This document shows, piece after piece, positions 1-12,195 of a DNA stretch of 64,000 nt. Below the pieces are notes generated by a model. The model was not told the origin of the DNA. It made no database searches and saw only the letters and a program-made list of their open reading frames with translations. Location: positions 109,928,001 through 109,992,000 of the forward strand of contig NC_086108.1 of the NCBI RefSeq assembly GCF_963921235.1, given 5' to 3'. Source of the stretch: Mobula hypostoma (lineage: Eukaryota). Position numbers and translations under genes: made by a program. Each line of letters starts with the position of its first letter. Position 1 is the stretch's first letter.

Positions 1-497
1 CTCAATAGACAGGATTGGAAAAAGCTGCAGAGGGTTGTAAACTCAGCCAGCTCCATCATTGGCACTGGCCTCCCCATCATCAAAGACTTCTTCAAAAACC
101 AGCATCCATCATTAAGGGTCCCCACCTCCCAGGACTTGCCCACTTCTCACTGATACGTCACGGCGGCTGAAACGACAGGCTCAATGTTTCAGCTCCTTCC
201 CCTCTGCCATCAGATTTCTGAATGGACAATGAACCCACGAACACTATCTCACTATATTTGTTGCAGTCCTTATTGATTTCTTAGAGTCATTGAGTCACAG
301 AGAAGTACAGCACAGACACAGGCCCTTCAGCCCATCTAGTCCATGCCAAAAACATCTAAACTGCCTACTCCCATCAAGCTGCACTGAGACCACAGCCCAC
401 CATACCCCTTCTATCCATGCACCTATTCAAATTTCTCTTAAATGTTGAAACTGAGCCCACATGCACCACCTGTACTGGCAGCTCATTCCACACACTC

Positions 498-2420
498 GTG
501 ACAATGGAGCAAAAGTTAGTGGGAAGTTGGATGATTGGGAAGTTTTCAAAATCCAACAAAAGGCAACTAAAAAAGTCAGAAGAGGGAAAAGATGAAATAT
601 GAGGGCAAACCAGCTGATAATATAAAGCAGAATATCAGAAGTTTTTTCAGTTATATAAAGAGCAAAAGGAAGATGAGAGTTGATATTGGACCACTGGAAA
701 ATGATGCTGGTGAGGTAGTAATGGGAGACAAAGAAAAGGCAGATGAACCCAATTGGTACCTTGCATCTGTCTTCACTGTGGAAGACACCAGCAGTGTGCC
801 ACTGGTCTATGAGTGTCAGGGAGCAGGAGTGAGTGCTATTGCTATTACAAAGAAAAAGTGCTAGGCAAACTCAAAGGTCATAAGGTGGATAAGTCACTTG
901 GACCAGATGAACTACATCCCAGAGCCCTGAGAGAGGTTGCTGAAGAGATAATGGATGCATTGGTCATGATCTTTCAAGAATCACTTGATTCTGGCATGGT
1001 CCCTCCAGGGAAATGGAAGATTGCAAATGTCACTCCACTCTTTAAGAAGGGAGAAACACAAAAGAAAGGCAATTATAGGCCAGTTAGCCTAATCTCAGTG
1101 GTTGGGAAAGCCTATTATTAAGGATGAGGTTTCCAGGTACATGGAGACTAATGATAAAATAAGTCAAAGTCAGCATGGTTTCTGCAAAGGAAACCTTGCC
1201 TGACAAATCTGTTAGAGTTCTTCGAGGAAGTACCAAGCAGGATGGACAAAGGAGAGGCAGTGGATGTCATTTACTTGGATTTTCAGAAGGCATTTGATAA
1301 GGTGAAACACATGAGGCTGCTAAACAAGATAAAATCCTGTGGCGTTACAGGAAAAATACTGGCATGGATAGAGAAATGGCTGACAGGCAGGAGGTAGCGA
1401 GTGGGAATAAAGGGGGCCTTTTCTGGTTGGCTACCAGTGACTAGTGGTGTTCCTCAGGGGTCAGTATTGGGACTGCTACTTTTCACATTATTTTTTGATG
1501 ATATAGATAATGGGATTGATGGCTTTGTGGCAAATTTTGCAGATGATACCAAGGTAGGTGAAGGGGTAGGTAGTGCTGAGGAAGCAATGTAATTGCAGAA
1601 GGATGTGGACAAATTGGAAGAATGGACAAAAAGTGGCAGATGGAATATGGTGTTGGGAAATGTATGATAATACATTTTGGTAAAAGGAACGAAAGTGTGG
1701 ACAATTATCTAAATGGGGAGAAAATTTAAACATCAGAGGTGCAAAAGGGACTTAGGAGTTCTTGTGAAAAACTCTCAGAAGGTTAATTTACAGGTTGACG
1801 CTGTGGTAAAGAAAGCAAATGCAATGTTGGCATTTATTTCAAGGGAAGTACAATGTAAAAACAAGGAGATAATGCTGAAATTTTATGAGACACTAGTCAG
1901 ACTGCACTTGGAGTATTGTCAACAGTTTTGGGCCACATATCTCAGAAAAGATGTGTTGTCATTGGACAGAGTCCAGAGGAGGTTCACGAGGATGATTCCA
2001 GGAATAAAGGGGTTAACATATGAGGTGCGTTTGGCAGCTTTGGGCCTGTACTCACTGGAATTTAGAAGAATGCAGGGGGATCTCATTGAAACCTACTGAA
2101 TGTTGAAAGAACTAGACAGGGTAGATGTGGAGAGGATGTTTCCCATGGTGGGGGTGTCCAGAACTAGAGGACACAGCCTCAAAACTGAGGCGTAACCCTT
2201 CGGAACAGAGGTAAGGAGGAATTTTTTTAGCCTGAGAATGGTGAATCTATAGAATGCTCTGCCACAGGCTGTGGTGGAGGCCAATGCCATGGGTATATCT
2301 AAAGTGAAAATTGATACTTTCCTAATTGGTCAGGGCATCAAAGGTTATGCGAGAAGGTGGGTATATGGGGTTGAGTGGGGTTCCGGATCAGCCATGATAT
2401 AATGGCAGAACAGACTCAAT
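498..2420 (+). mobile_element. CR1-clade LINE (HER1-like), 5'-truncated, decayed ORF2 RT
   Basis: Fragmented ORFs carry KSLGPDELHPRAL, NYRPVSL, GVPQGSVLG, FADDTK, LEYCQQFW and GLYSLEFRR; multiple stops and frameshifts. Confidence 0.9.
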
Positions 2421-3555
2421 GCACCCTCTGAATGAAGAAGATTCCCTGCATGTTCCCCTTAAACTTCTCACATTTCACCTTAACCCATGACCTTTGGTTG
2501 TAGTCCCACCCAACCTCAGTGGAGAAAACCTTCTTGCATTTACCATATCTATACCCCTCATAATTTTGTATACATCTGTCAAATCTCCTCTCAGTCTTCT
2601 ACGCTGTAAGGAATAAAGTCCTAACCTATTCAATCTTTCCTCATAACTCAGGTTCTCCAGACTCAGCAAGATCCTTGTAAATCTTCTCTGTACTCTTTCA
2701 ACCTTGTTTACATCTTTCCTCGCACTACACAGAAACATAGAAAACCTACTGCACAATACAGGCCCTTCAGCCCACAAAGCTCCAGAAATTACCTAAGGTT
2801 ACCCATACCCTCTATTTTTCTGAGCTCCATGCACCTGCCCAGGAGTCTCTTAAAAGACCCTATCATTTCCGCCTCCACCACTGTCACCGGCAGCCCATTC
2901 CACGCACTCACCAGTCTCTGCGTAAGAAAACTTACCACTCACATCTCCTCTGTACCTGCTTCCAAGCACCTTAAAACTATGCCCTCTCATGCTAGCCATT
3001 TCAGCCCTGGGAAGAAGCCTCTGACTATCCACATGATCAATGCCTCTCATCATCTTACACACCTCTATCAGGTCACCTCTCATCCTCTGTCACTTCAAGG
3101 AGAAAAGGCCGAGTTCACTCAATCGATTCTCATAAGGCATGCTCCCCAATCCGGGCAACATCCTTGTAAATCTCCACTGCATCTTTTCTATGGTTTCCAA
3201 TTCCTTCCTGTAGTCAGTCGACCAGAATTGAGCACAGTACTCCGAGTAGGGTCTGACCAGGGTCCTGTATAGCACTCGTCTGTATTAAATTCCATCTGCC
3301 ATTTTTCAGCCCATTTTTCCAGGTGATGCAGATCCCTCTGCAAGCCATGATAGCCTTCCTCGCTGTTCACCACATCCCAAAATCATGGTGTCATCTACAA
3401 ATTTGCTAATGTAGTTAACCACATTATCACTCAGATCATTGATATAGATGACAAACAACTTCAAATGCAGCACTAGTCACAGGCCTCCATTCAGAGGGGC
3501 CAACATCTACTACCACTCTGTGGCTTCTCCCACAAAGCCAATGTCTAATCCTTTT
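2421..3555 (-). mobile_element. Cluster of three CR1 3' fragments
   Basis: Minus-strand peptides VERVQRRFTR..GLYSL..RRLRGDL, YCAQFWS and LQRDLHHLEKWAEKWQMEFN; (TTCTATGT)-type tail near 2730-2745. Confidence 0.85.
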
Positions 3556-3621
3556 GTAACTTGCAAGCTTTTAATGTCTTGCGCTGTACCGCTGCTGCAA
3601 AACAACAGCTTCCACAGCCTG

Positions 3622-4189
3622 CACTCAGTGACCATTTTATTAGATACCTCCTGTACCTAACAAAGTGGACACTGAGTGTATGTTCATGGTCTTCTGCTGT
3701 TGTAGCCCATCCACTTCAAGGTTCAACATGTTGTGCATTCAGAGATGCTCTTCTGCACACCACTCTTGTAACGCGTGGTTATTTGAGTTACTGTCACCTT
3801 CCTCTCAGCTTGAACCAGTCTGGCCATTCTCGTCTGATCTTTCTCATTAACAAGGCATTTTCACCCACAGAACAGCTGCTCACTGGATGTTTTCGTTTTT
3901 CGCACCATTCTCTGTAAAATCTAGAGACTGTTGTGCATGAAAATCCCAGGAGATCAGCAGTTTCTGAGATACTCAAACCACCCCATCTGGCACCAACAAT
4001 CATTCTAAAGTCCAAGTCACATAGATCACATTTCTTCCCCATTCTGATGTTTGGTCTGAAAAACAACGGAACCTCTTGACCATGTCTGCATACTTTGATG
4101 CATTGAGTTGCTGCCACATGATTGGCTGATTAAACATTTACATTAATGAGCAGGTGTACAGGTGTCCCTATTAAAGTGGCCACTGAATG
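3622..4189 (-). mobile_element. Tc1/mariner non-autonomous derivative
   Basis: TIRs cactcagtgaccattttattag and ctattaaagtggccactgaatg, the latter followed by TA. Internal MGKKCDLCDLDFRMIVGARWGGLSISETADLLGFSCTTVSRFYREW resembles the N-terminal HTH of Tc1 transposases. Confidence 0.85.
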
Positions 4190-4314
4190 TATGTCAGTGA
4201 AAATTAATTTGATTCTGATTCTGATTCTAACATTAACTACCACAAAACAAAAAAAAAAACCACTGGTAAACTCACACTAGGTGGATGCCTGTCTCTGCAG
4301 ACCACAACACTTAC

Positions 4315-4382
4315 TTGGCCATGTTCCTTGCCAAACAGTCCTTACGACAGATCTCCCCCATTCCTGGGAAGTGATTGATCCT
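4315..4382 (-). CDS. TTLL7: TTLL7 internal coding exon (68 nt): RINHFPGMGEICRKDCLARNMA(K)
   Basis: Acceptor ttccttacAG at 4384-4383 and donor GTAAGT at 4314-4309. The translation matches the recalled human TTLL7 RINHFPGMGEICRKDFLARNMTK. Phase 0 start fits the preceding exon ending NYQ. Confidence 0.95.
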
Positions 4383-4639
4383 CTGTAAGGAAAGAGAGGG
4401 AGAGAGTGTAGCAGATCACCGGAGAATGAAGCATAAAGGATGTTATTTCCCCAAAGGAAGGACATCATCGAGGCTCGGCCGTCGGGGCCTTGGAGAACTG
4501 ACCAGTGCTGCTGCCCAGAGCTGAATGGGAGGGGTGCGAAGGGCTACGGTCCGGATGCAGGTAGGCAGAATATCAATTCGGCAGAGGTTAGATGGGCTGA
4601 AGGGCCTGCAGTACCCTCTGACTCTGTTTATTGTATTTT

Positions 4640-4900
4640 ATTTATTTAGAGAAACAGTGCAGAACCTAACGAGCAGCACCGCCCAGCAACCCACACCGAT
4701 TTAACCCCAGCCTAATCACGGGACAATGTACCAATTAACCTACGAACCGGTAAGTCTTTGGACTGTGGGAGGAAACACACGTGTTTCATGGGGAGAACGT
4801 AGACGTTTCCCACAGATGGTGTGGGAACTGAACTCTGAACACGAGCACCCAGAACTGTACTCGCATCACGGTAACCGCTGTGCTACCACGACAACACCCT
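4640..4900 (-). mobile_element. tRNA-derived V-SINE (HE1-like)
   Basis: The reverse strand shows a tRNA-like head followed by the V-domain-like acgttctccccatg..gtttcctcccaca. Confidence 0.65.
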
Positions 4901-4993
4901 GTCTTCATTCTGCTGGTACCAACGTGACCCGCTCAGAATCAAGCCGTGTTGAACTGCGGTCTAGGTCTCGCTAGGTGTGGGCCACTTGCTAGC

Positions 4994-5244
4994 ACCTCCA
5001 CCTCCACAGCCACACTCGGTGGGTCGGGCAGCGCCGGTGGGGGAGGAATTGTCGGCGCTTTGGGTCGGACCCCTGCAGCAGGACTCATGTCGAGGGTGAG
5101 GGGAGAGCGCAGGCGAGGACCTCCATCTCCACAGCCACACTCGGTGGGTCGGGCAGCGCCGGTGGGGGAGGAATTGTCGGCGCTTTGGGTCGGACCCCTG
5201 CAGCAGGACTCCTGTCGAGGGTGAGGGGAGAGCATAGGCGAGGA
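4994..5244. repeat. Tandem duplication, 2 x 125 bp, CpG-rich
   Basis: The unit acctcca(c/t)ctccacagccacactcggtgggtcgggcagcgccgg...aggcgagga starts at 4994 and again at 5119, with about 4 mismatches. Confidence 0.95.
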
Positions 5245-5479
5245 GGAGAGTGTGCAGAGGGACGGGAGGATTGGAGTGGATGTGTTGACTTCCGTTCGTT
5301 TGGGCTATGTCAGCGTTTAGTTGGCATGCTCACTTTCCCTGGTATGACCGTGTGCGCGTGACGGGTGGTGTGGGAATGTGGGTAAGAAGATGGAGGCCCT
5401 CGTGTATTGAACTTGAACGGACAAACTAAAGTTGTTTACACAAAAGGAAATCTTGTCTTTGCTGATTGAGTGTTAACAG

Positions 5480-6060
5480 ATTGAGAGGGCATAGAGAGGA
5501 GGGTATAGAGGAGGGGGAGGAGACGGTGTGGAGTGGGCAGGGTGGGGAGGCTGCAGAGGATTAAGGAGAAGGGAAGGATGCAGGTGTGGAGAGGCTGGAG
5601 ATGAGGAGGGGAAGGAGAAGAGGAGGGAATGGAGAAAGGAAGGGAGAGGGGAGAGGAAGGGTGGAAGGGGAGGACTTGTAGAGGGATGAGAAGGGTGTAG
5701 GAGAGCAGGAAGGAACTGGAGGGGTGAGGTGGAGTGGTGCTGATTGTAGGGGAAGAGATTGAAGCAGGCAGGGAGTGTGTGGAGGGGAGAGGGGAGGGTG
5801 GAGGGGTGTGTGAGGAGGTGGAGGATGGAGGGTGTGAGGGAAGTGGGGGTGGTGTATGAGAAGGTGTGGATTGGATGAGGAGGAGGGTGGAGGGAACATG
5901 GAGGATAGGGAGAAGTGTGAGGCAGAGGATGTGAGGCGAATATGCAGGAATTCAGGACGAGGAGGGTGGAGGGTGTGGGAGAAGGTGCAGGAATGGAGGA
6001 GGAGGCCAAGTAGGAGAGATGGAGGGTTTGAGGGAAAGGTATAGGAATGGAGGATGGTGC
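5480..6060. repeat. Purine-rich (G/A) low-complexity tract
   Basis: Dominated by gga/gag/ggg runs; it produces spurious Pro/Ser/His-rich ORFs on the minus strand. Confidence 0.85.
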
Positions 6061-6070
6061 AACTGGTCAC

Positions 6071-6192
6071 CTGGTAGTTCCTCAGATCCGCGATCCGCTC
6101 CTGCTGAACGGCTGCGTCGTTCCAGATCAGGTTGGCGGTGTCGTCCTCCTCCCGCGCTCGCGTGAATCCGGCCTCCAGTATCGCCAAACGCA
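6071..6192 (-). CDS. TTLL7: TTLL7 internal coding exon (122 nt): (V)RLAILEAGFTRAREEDDTANLIWNDAAVQQERIADLRNYQ
   Basis: Acceptor ccacccAG at 6194-6193 and donor GTGACC at 6070. Resembles human TTLL7 VRLVIDEMGFMKTPDEDETSNLIWCDSAVQQEKISELQNYQ. Phase 1 in, phase 0 out, consistent with both neighbours. Confidence 0.95.
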
Positions 6193-7219
6193 CTGGGTGG
6201 GGAACAGCATTGACGAAGCGTCAGTAAACCCGTTCCCACAGCGAGGGTGGGCGGAGGAGGGGGGGTCGAGGGACAATCCACAGCCCGCACCCTGCACTCC
6301 GTGACCTCAGCCCTCATCTCCTCCATCCCTATCTCGGCGACCTTCCCCAGCCCCACAACCCTCTGTGATCTCCATTCTTGCACAGTAAAGACCCAACTGG
6401 TCTCTTATATCCTTGAGGGAAAGAAACCTGAAGACCCTTGGTTAACATGGATCAGATGGGCCGAAGGGCCTGTTTCTAATACTAGGACTCTAAATGAGGT
6501 GAGAGTCTCCGTCTCCAGAACCTTCTCAGGCAGAGAGTTCCCTAATCCACCCTCCGTCAGGACCCCTGAATCCTTCATACTCCTTACCTCAACCCAATCC
6601 CTTCCATTCAGACGTCTCCATTACAAGAATGCAGTGGATTCCGATTAATTGGGCCTTCAGTTAATCAGGGCAGCCATTTATTTGGGAAAACTCTTAATGA
6701 ACAAGAACGAATCCAAAAATAGACAGATCTCCTTCAGTTATTTGGGACAAATAGTTTCTAGCAAGCGTCAGTCACATGAACTTGCATGGTTGTTAGACAC
6801 AACACTGCGCTTAGAGCGAAGAGTTTTTAAATTGTGTCACTTTTGTGTCTTTGTGTTAAAAAAGCAGCGATTTTTGTCACTGATAGTCGGTGGAATAAGC
6901 AACAAGACAATTCAGAACTGTTCTGTTCACTGCGGTTTCAGGCATTCAGGCTTGGGGATGCCAGAAACGTCTGGGAATGCAAATGAAACGATTTCACTAC
7001 TTCAACAACTTAGGAACTACAAAGAATTTGAAGGTATCAACAATCATCTTGAATGTTGCAATGAAAATGAAGATTTGGCTAACATCAAAAGCATTCTATG
7101 GAGGCAGTCTATTATCTGCACCTTGTGTCTGTGCTAATTTCGTTCATTTACAGTCAAAAGATCACAGTCATGTGCACTGGATGAATTCCTCCATTAGGAA
7201 CTAAAACACATTTTTATAG

Positions 7220-9395
7220 ATAGATAGATATTTAATTGATCACATAGGAAATTACAGTGTCACAGTAGCATTACAAGTGCACAGATATACAAATAATAGA
7301 AGAGAAGTAAGAAAGAATAAAAGAATAAGTTATCTCAAACAGTCTAACAGGAGGGGTCATCATTTCCCCGGCTATAGTTTGACTCATTATAGAGCCTAAT
7401 GGCCGAGGGTAAGAATGACCTCATACAGCGCTCTTTGGAGCATCACAGTTGTCTTAGTCCAGGGGTAGGCAACCTACAGCCCGCGGGCCCAATCCGGCCT
7501 GCAAGCAAACATTGAAATACTATGCTTATCCGGCCCGCGAGCGATCTCTCCTTATTCTGAGTGTTTCACGCGACCACACTGATGGACATGAATGGCGTCT
7601 TGTTACACTGGCCACACGTTCCATACCAAACACTGGTATATACGAATGACGGGAAGGCAGACTACCTTATTAATATGTATCAGATACTCTCTGTGCACGC
7701 GCAGGTTTTCAGATGGGATCGTTCAAATTTGTAAACAGAAACAGCGTCACTGTGTTTTAACAAGAAATCCACGCTAAATATCCAGATATGTACATGTGCT
7801 ACGATACTTGTTGAATAACTCGCGTTTCGAAATAAAATCAAAGAAAAAAATTCCGGTGGCAATGAATGCACAACGCAGGAAGGTAGACGCTGAGTGCCAA
7901 AAAAGCAGTGGAAATGAAGGAAATATCGATGCCAGCTACGAACTCTCAAAACGTATTGCAGAAAAGATGAAGCCTTTTACAGATGGAGAGTTTGTCAAAG
8001 AATGTTTACTGGCAATGGTGGATATTGTTTGTCCTGAAAAGAAATCTTTATTTACATCTATCAGCCTGTCAGCAAGAACGATCACACGGCGAGTTGAAGA
8101 AATGTCAGCAGATGTTAAAAGTTGTTTAAGGGATGCCTGCAACGAATTGCATTTTTTCAATTGCGCTTGATGAGAGTACAGACTTGAGAGACACTGCTCA
8201 ACTTCCAGTGTTTGTGCGAGGAGAAACTTTGGAAAACTTTTCAAATTTTTAAAGAGTTTATTCAATTAATTCCTGTGAAGGACACGGTTTCTGGGGCAGA
8301 CATTTTTGAAGCTTTGCTGAAAATGATGTCAGAAATGAAACTTAATGTGTCGAAGTTACAAACGTTGTAATTGGCATCACAACTGATGGGGCACCAGCAA
8401 TGGTGGGACAGAAAAACTAAACTGAGTTCTTTGATTACTAATTGGCATCATTGGTTAAGCACAAATGATTTTCTAGCATGTGTTATTCATTAATTTGAGA
8501 CAAAACATAACTAGATGTATTTAAATGGATAATTCCCATATTTCAAGTTTTTATGGCATTTATCTGGCCCACCGTCCGCTCATTAATACACGATCCGGCC
8601 CACCGAGGCAAAAAGCTTGCCGACCCCTGTCTTAGTCTATTACTAAAAGTTCTCCTCTGGTCAGTCAAGGTGGTATGCAGAGGGTGAGAAACATTGTCCA
8701 GAACTGCCAGGATTTTCTGTAGGGTCCTTTGTTCTACCACAACTTCCAGTGTGTCCAGTTTGACTCCTGTAACAGAGCCAGCCTTTCTAATCAGTTTATT
8801 GAGCCTGTTGGCATCACCTGTGATGGTGCCATTGCCCAGCACACCACCACATGGAAGATTGTACTGGCAACAATGGTCTGGTAGAACATGTGAAGGAGAG
8901 GCCTGCATACTCTAAAGGATCTCAGACTCCTCAGGAAGTAGAGGAGACTCTGGCCCTTCTTGTACACATTCTCTGTGTTGGTGATCCACTCAAGTCTGTC
9001 ATCCAGGTGTAACCCCAGGTACTTGTAGGTTCTCACCACATCCACGTCCTCACCATCAATAGTAACAGGGAGGAGTGCAGGCTGAGTCTTCCTAAAGTCC
9101 ATCACCATCTCCTTTCTCTTACTGATGTTGAGCTGTAGATGATTCAGCTTGCACCATTTGACAAAGTCCTCCACCAGGGCCCTGTATTCATCCTCCTGTC
9201 CTGACGTAGACACCCAACTATTGCTGAGTCATCAGAGAATTCCTGCAGATGACATGACTCAGTGTTGTTTCTAAAATCTGAGGTATACAGGGTAAACAGG
9301 AAGGAAGCCAAAACAGTTCCCTGTGAGGCCCCATTGCTGCTTACAGCCGTGTCTGACACACAAGCTCTGAAGCCACACATACTGTGGTCACACAG
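7220..9395 (-). mobile_element. Rex1/Babar-type LINE 3' portion, interrupted by a hAT element
   Basis: Peptides GASQGTVLASFLFTLYTSDF, FSDDSAIVG and WCKLNHLQLNISKRKEMVMDFR..YKYLG; (CTAT)n tail at ~7217-7230. Confidence 0.85.
7460..8629 (+). mobile_element. hAT-Charlie/Buster internally deleted DNA transposon (1170 bp)
   Basis: TIRs caggggtaggcaa and ttgccgacccctg; perfect 8-bp TSD TCTTAGTC at 7452-7459 and 8630-8637. Transposase remnants KPFTDGEFVKECL..SLSARTITRRVEEM, ALDESTD and TTDGAPAMVG are GTF2IRD2/SPIN-like. Confidence 0.95.
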
Positions 9396-9654
9396 TAGTA
9401 CTGTAGCAGTATTAGTAATGTTATAATTTGTTCTGTATTTCATTTATATTCATAATTTGTTACTCAGTTAAATGATAGCTTGTATTTTTCATATGTTTTT
9501 AAGTATTTCCATAAAACTTTGTCTAATTGGGCAGCCGTTTAATTGGACCAAAATGTATTGGTCCGGAGGTGTCCCAATTAACCGCGTTGGTAAAGCCCCA
9601 AATGTATCTGCTTCAACCACCATCCCTGGCAGCGCATTCCACACACCCACCGAG

Positions 9655-10347
9655 CCAGTGCCAGGCCCTCCGTAGGTCGACGGCAACCGTGGATGTTACG
9701 TCCCAGCTGTCTACATGATCCTCAGGCCTGGGCAGTTCGCTATGGAGGGCAAGCTGTTACCCACGTGGCAATCTCCCAGTCTCCACACAGCTGATGAATC
9801 CAAAGGAACCGCAGAGACAGATACAGTTTGGCACCAGCGGTGTCACAGGAGTTGCCAGTCAGCGTTGAGCTCGATGTAGGACTCAAACACAAGAGATTCT
9901 GCAGATGCTGGAAATCCAGAGTAACACACACAAAATGCTGGAGGAACTCAGCAGGTCAGGCAGCTTCTATGGAAAAGAGTTTTGTGTGTGCGTTGCTCAA
10001 CATCGGACTGCCTTAGGGATTCCAGCTCCAGACCTTCCCTCGGGGTTTACTCCCGAAGCCTTCCCCATGAGTGATCATAGCCACAAGGCCACAGAGATTT
10101 GAGATCAGAGTTTTCCTTCTCCTCGATGAGCTGCCAACCATGGGTAATGAGCCCCATCTGCACAGAACGACTGGCTTTAAGGTACCAGTAATGCACCTTT
10201 GCCCCTTCTCCTTTCAGTAGAAACAGTTCCGCCGGGCTTATTCGCTAGGCCGCATGTGAAGGCCAGGAGCTAGATGGTTGTCAGAGGGTATTTGAGATGC
10301 ATGCCACTGGGAGAATTTTATCCCTATTACCATCCCCTTAAGGAACC
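9655..10347 (-). mobile_element. RTE-type non-autonomous retroelement, copy A, interrupted by a Penelope fragment at ~9884-10000
   Basis: Homologous to the copies at ~36920-37539 and 47015-47585. Contains ggagaaggaaaactctgatctcaaa, a motif I associate with RTE-clade 5' regions. Confidence 0.7.
10208..10347 (-). ncRNA. Putative HDV/CPEB3-like self-cleaving ribozyme at the 5' end of RTE-type copy A
   Basis: P1 GGUUCC/GGAACU (G-U first pair); P2 CUCCUG/AAGGAG; P3 GCC/GGC; L3 begins UUCACAU; GU follows P1; J4/2 is CUGA. Folded by eye. Confidence 0.55.
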
Positions 10348-11937
10348 CCACACGTACCACTCTTTGTGTAAAATAAAACCCTAATATCCCCCCCAACATC
10401 CCCCCAATCACCTTAAAATTTTGCCTCTCACATTAGAAATTCCTGCCCTGGGCAAAAGGCTGCCCTCAATAAGTTCACCTCTATCAAGCCACCTTTCATC
10501 CTCTGCTCCAAAGACAAAAGCCTCAGCTTGATCAGCCTTGCCTCATAAGATGTGCTCTCTAATCCAGACAGCATCCTGGTCAACCTCCTCTGCTCCCTCT
10601 GGAAAGTTTCCTCACCCCTCCCGCAGCCAGGCGACCAGAACTGAACGCAGTTCTCCAAGTTTGGTCCAACCAGAGTTTATGGGCGTGGACTCCCGAGATC
10701 CCTCTGCTCCGCCACACTGCTAAGAATCCGGCTGTTAACCCTGAGTATGCTCTGTATTGGGGGAGAGTGGGGGGGGGGTATGTCAGAGGGTGCATCGTTT
10801 TTCACACAGAGATTTGTGGGTGCATGGAATGCACTGCCAGGGTGGCGGTAAAGGCAGAATTAAGTGACACAGTTGCAGAGGAAGGGCTGTGCAGGCAGAC
10901 AATAAGGTCCCAGGGATAGGAAAATGTAGACTGAGGTTAGGGGTCCATTTTATTGTACTAGGGGAACATTCTATAGACTTAAAACAGCAGCGTAACTTGA
11001 GCCTCATGGTCTCAATAAGTTTCTTACTACTGATCCTTTCTTTGTCCCAAACCTCCGAGCCCCCCTGCAATTTCAGCTAACCTGTTTTCTCATGTAGACC
11101 ATAAGAGATAGGAGCAGAATCAGGCCCTTTGGCCCATCGAATCTGCTCTGACATTCCATCATGGCTGATTTATTATCCCTCTCAACCCCATTCTCCTGCC
11201 TTCTCCCCGTAACCTTTGACATCCTGGCCAGGACTGAACTGTTTCTCTTTCAATACACGTGAATGTGGAGGGGATGTTCCCTTTGGTGGAAGATTCCAGG
11301 ACTGGAGGGGACAGACTCAGAATCTAGGGACATCCATCTGGAATTCCTTTGGCCAGAGGGTGGAGAATCTGTGGAATTTGTTACCACAGGCGTCTGTGAA
11401 AGCCAAGTCATTGGGTATATGTAAAGTGGAGGTTGATAGTTTCTTGATTAGTCAGGGTGTCTAAGGTTAGACGCCTTGTACTCGCTGAAGCTTGGAAGAA
11501 TGAGGGGTGATCTCATTGAGACCTATCGAATATTGAGAGGCCTAGATAGAGTGGATGTGGAGAGACTCCCAAAAGTGAAAGAGTTTTGGACCTGAGGGCC
11601 CAACCTCAGCATTGAGGGATGTCCCTTTTGAATCAGAGAGTAGTGAATCTGTGGAATTCACTGCCACAGACAGCGATGGAGGCAAAGTCCTGGGTATATT
11701 TAAAGTGGAGATCGATAGGGTTTTGATTAGTAAAAGTGTCAAAGGTTACAGGTGGAGGAAGGAGAATGGGATTGAGAGGGATAATAAATCAGCCATGATG
11801 GAATAGGTGTCAAAGGTTACGGGGAAAAGAACCTGTAGTGTTCTGTGTTCTATGTTCTATTCTCTGGGGATATTAAATTACAAAGAAAAACAAAGAAAAA
11901 TAGAAATTGTGCACTCCAATCAAACTCGTCTTCTTAC

Positions 11938-12078
11938 CTATCTGATACTTGGTGCCAGAGAAGTTGGCTGTAATTGCTCCTTTCTTTTTCTTCTTCATTC
12001 TGACGTTCCTTTTCCCAAGTCCGGCATTTTTGAAGGGCAGCCCAGCGTTCAGAGCCAGGCTGGAGGAAATCTGATCAT
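11938..12078 (-). CDS. TTLL7: TTLL7 N-terminal coding exon (141 nt): DQISSSLALNAGLPFKNAGLGKRNVRMKKKKKGAITANFSGTKYQI
   Basis: Polypyrimidine tract plus AG at 12080-12079 and donor GTAAG at 11937. Matches human KRKVRKKKKKGTITANVAGTKFEI. The terminal G joins TG of the next exon to give Val, as in human EIVRL. Confidence 0.92.
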
Positions 12079-12195
12079 CTGAGGGAGAGAGAGAGAACAT
12101 CCCTGTGAAGAGGGAGATTGTGTTATTTCCAAACGCCGAGGCTAGGACAGAGAGTTCCACCGTAGAGATGTGCTCCCCACCATAGAGGCCACCAA

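Larger units (their letters stand above)
6632..9584 (+). mobile_element. Tigger/pogo-like non-autonomous DNA transposon, split by a LINE (segments ~6632-7219 and ~9396-9584)
   Basis: Left end cagtggattccgattaattggg and right-end remnant cccaattaaccg form an inverted pair. Peptide ISNKTIQNCSVHCGF resembles the pogo/Tigger transposase C-terminal motif. Confidence 0.65.
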
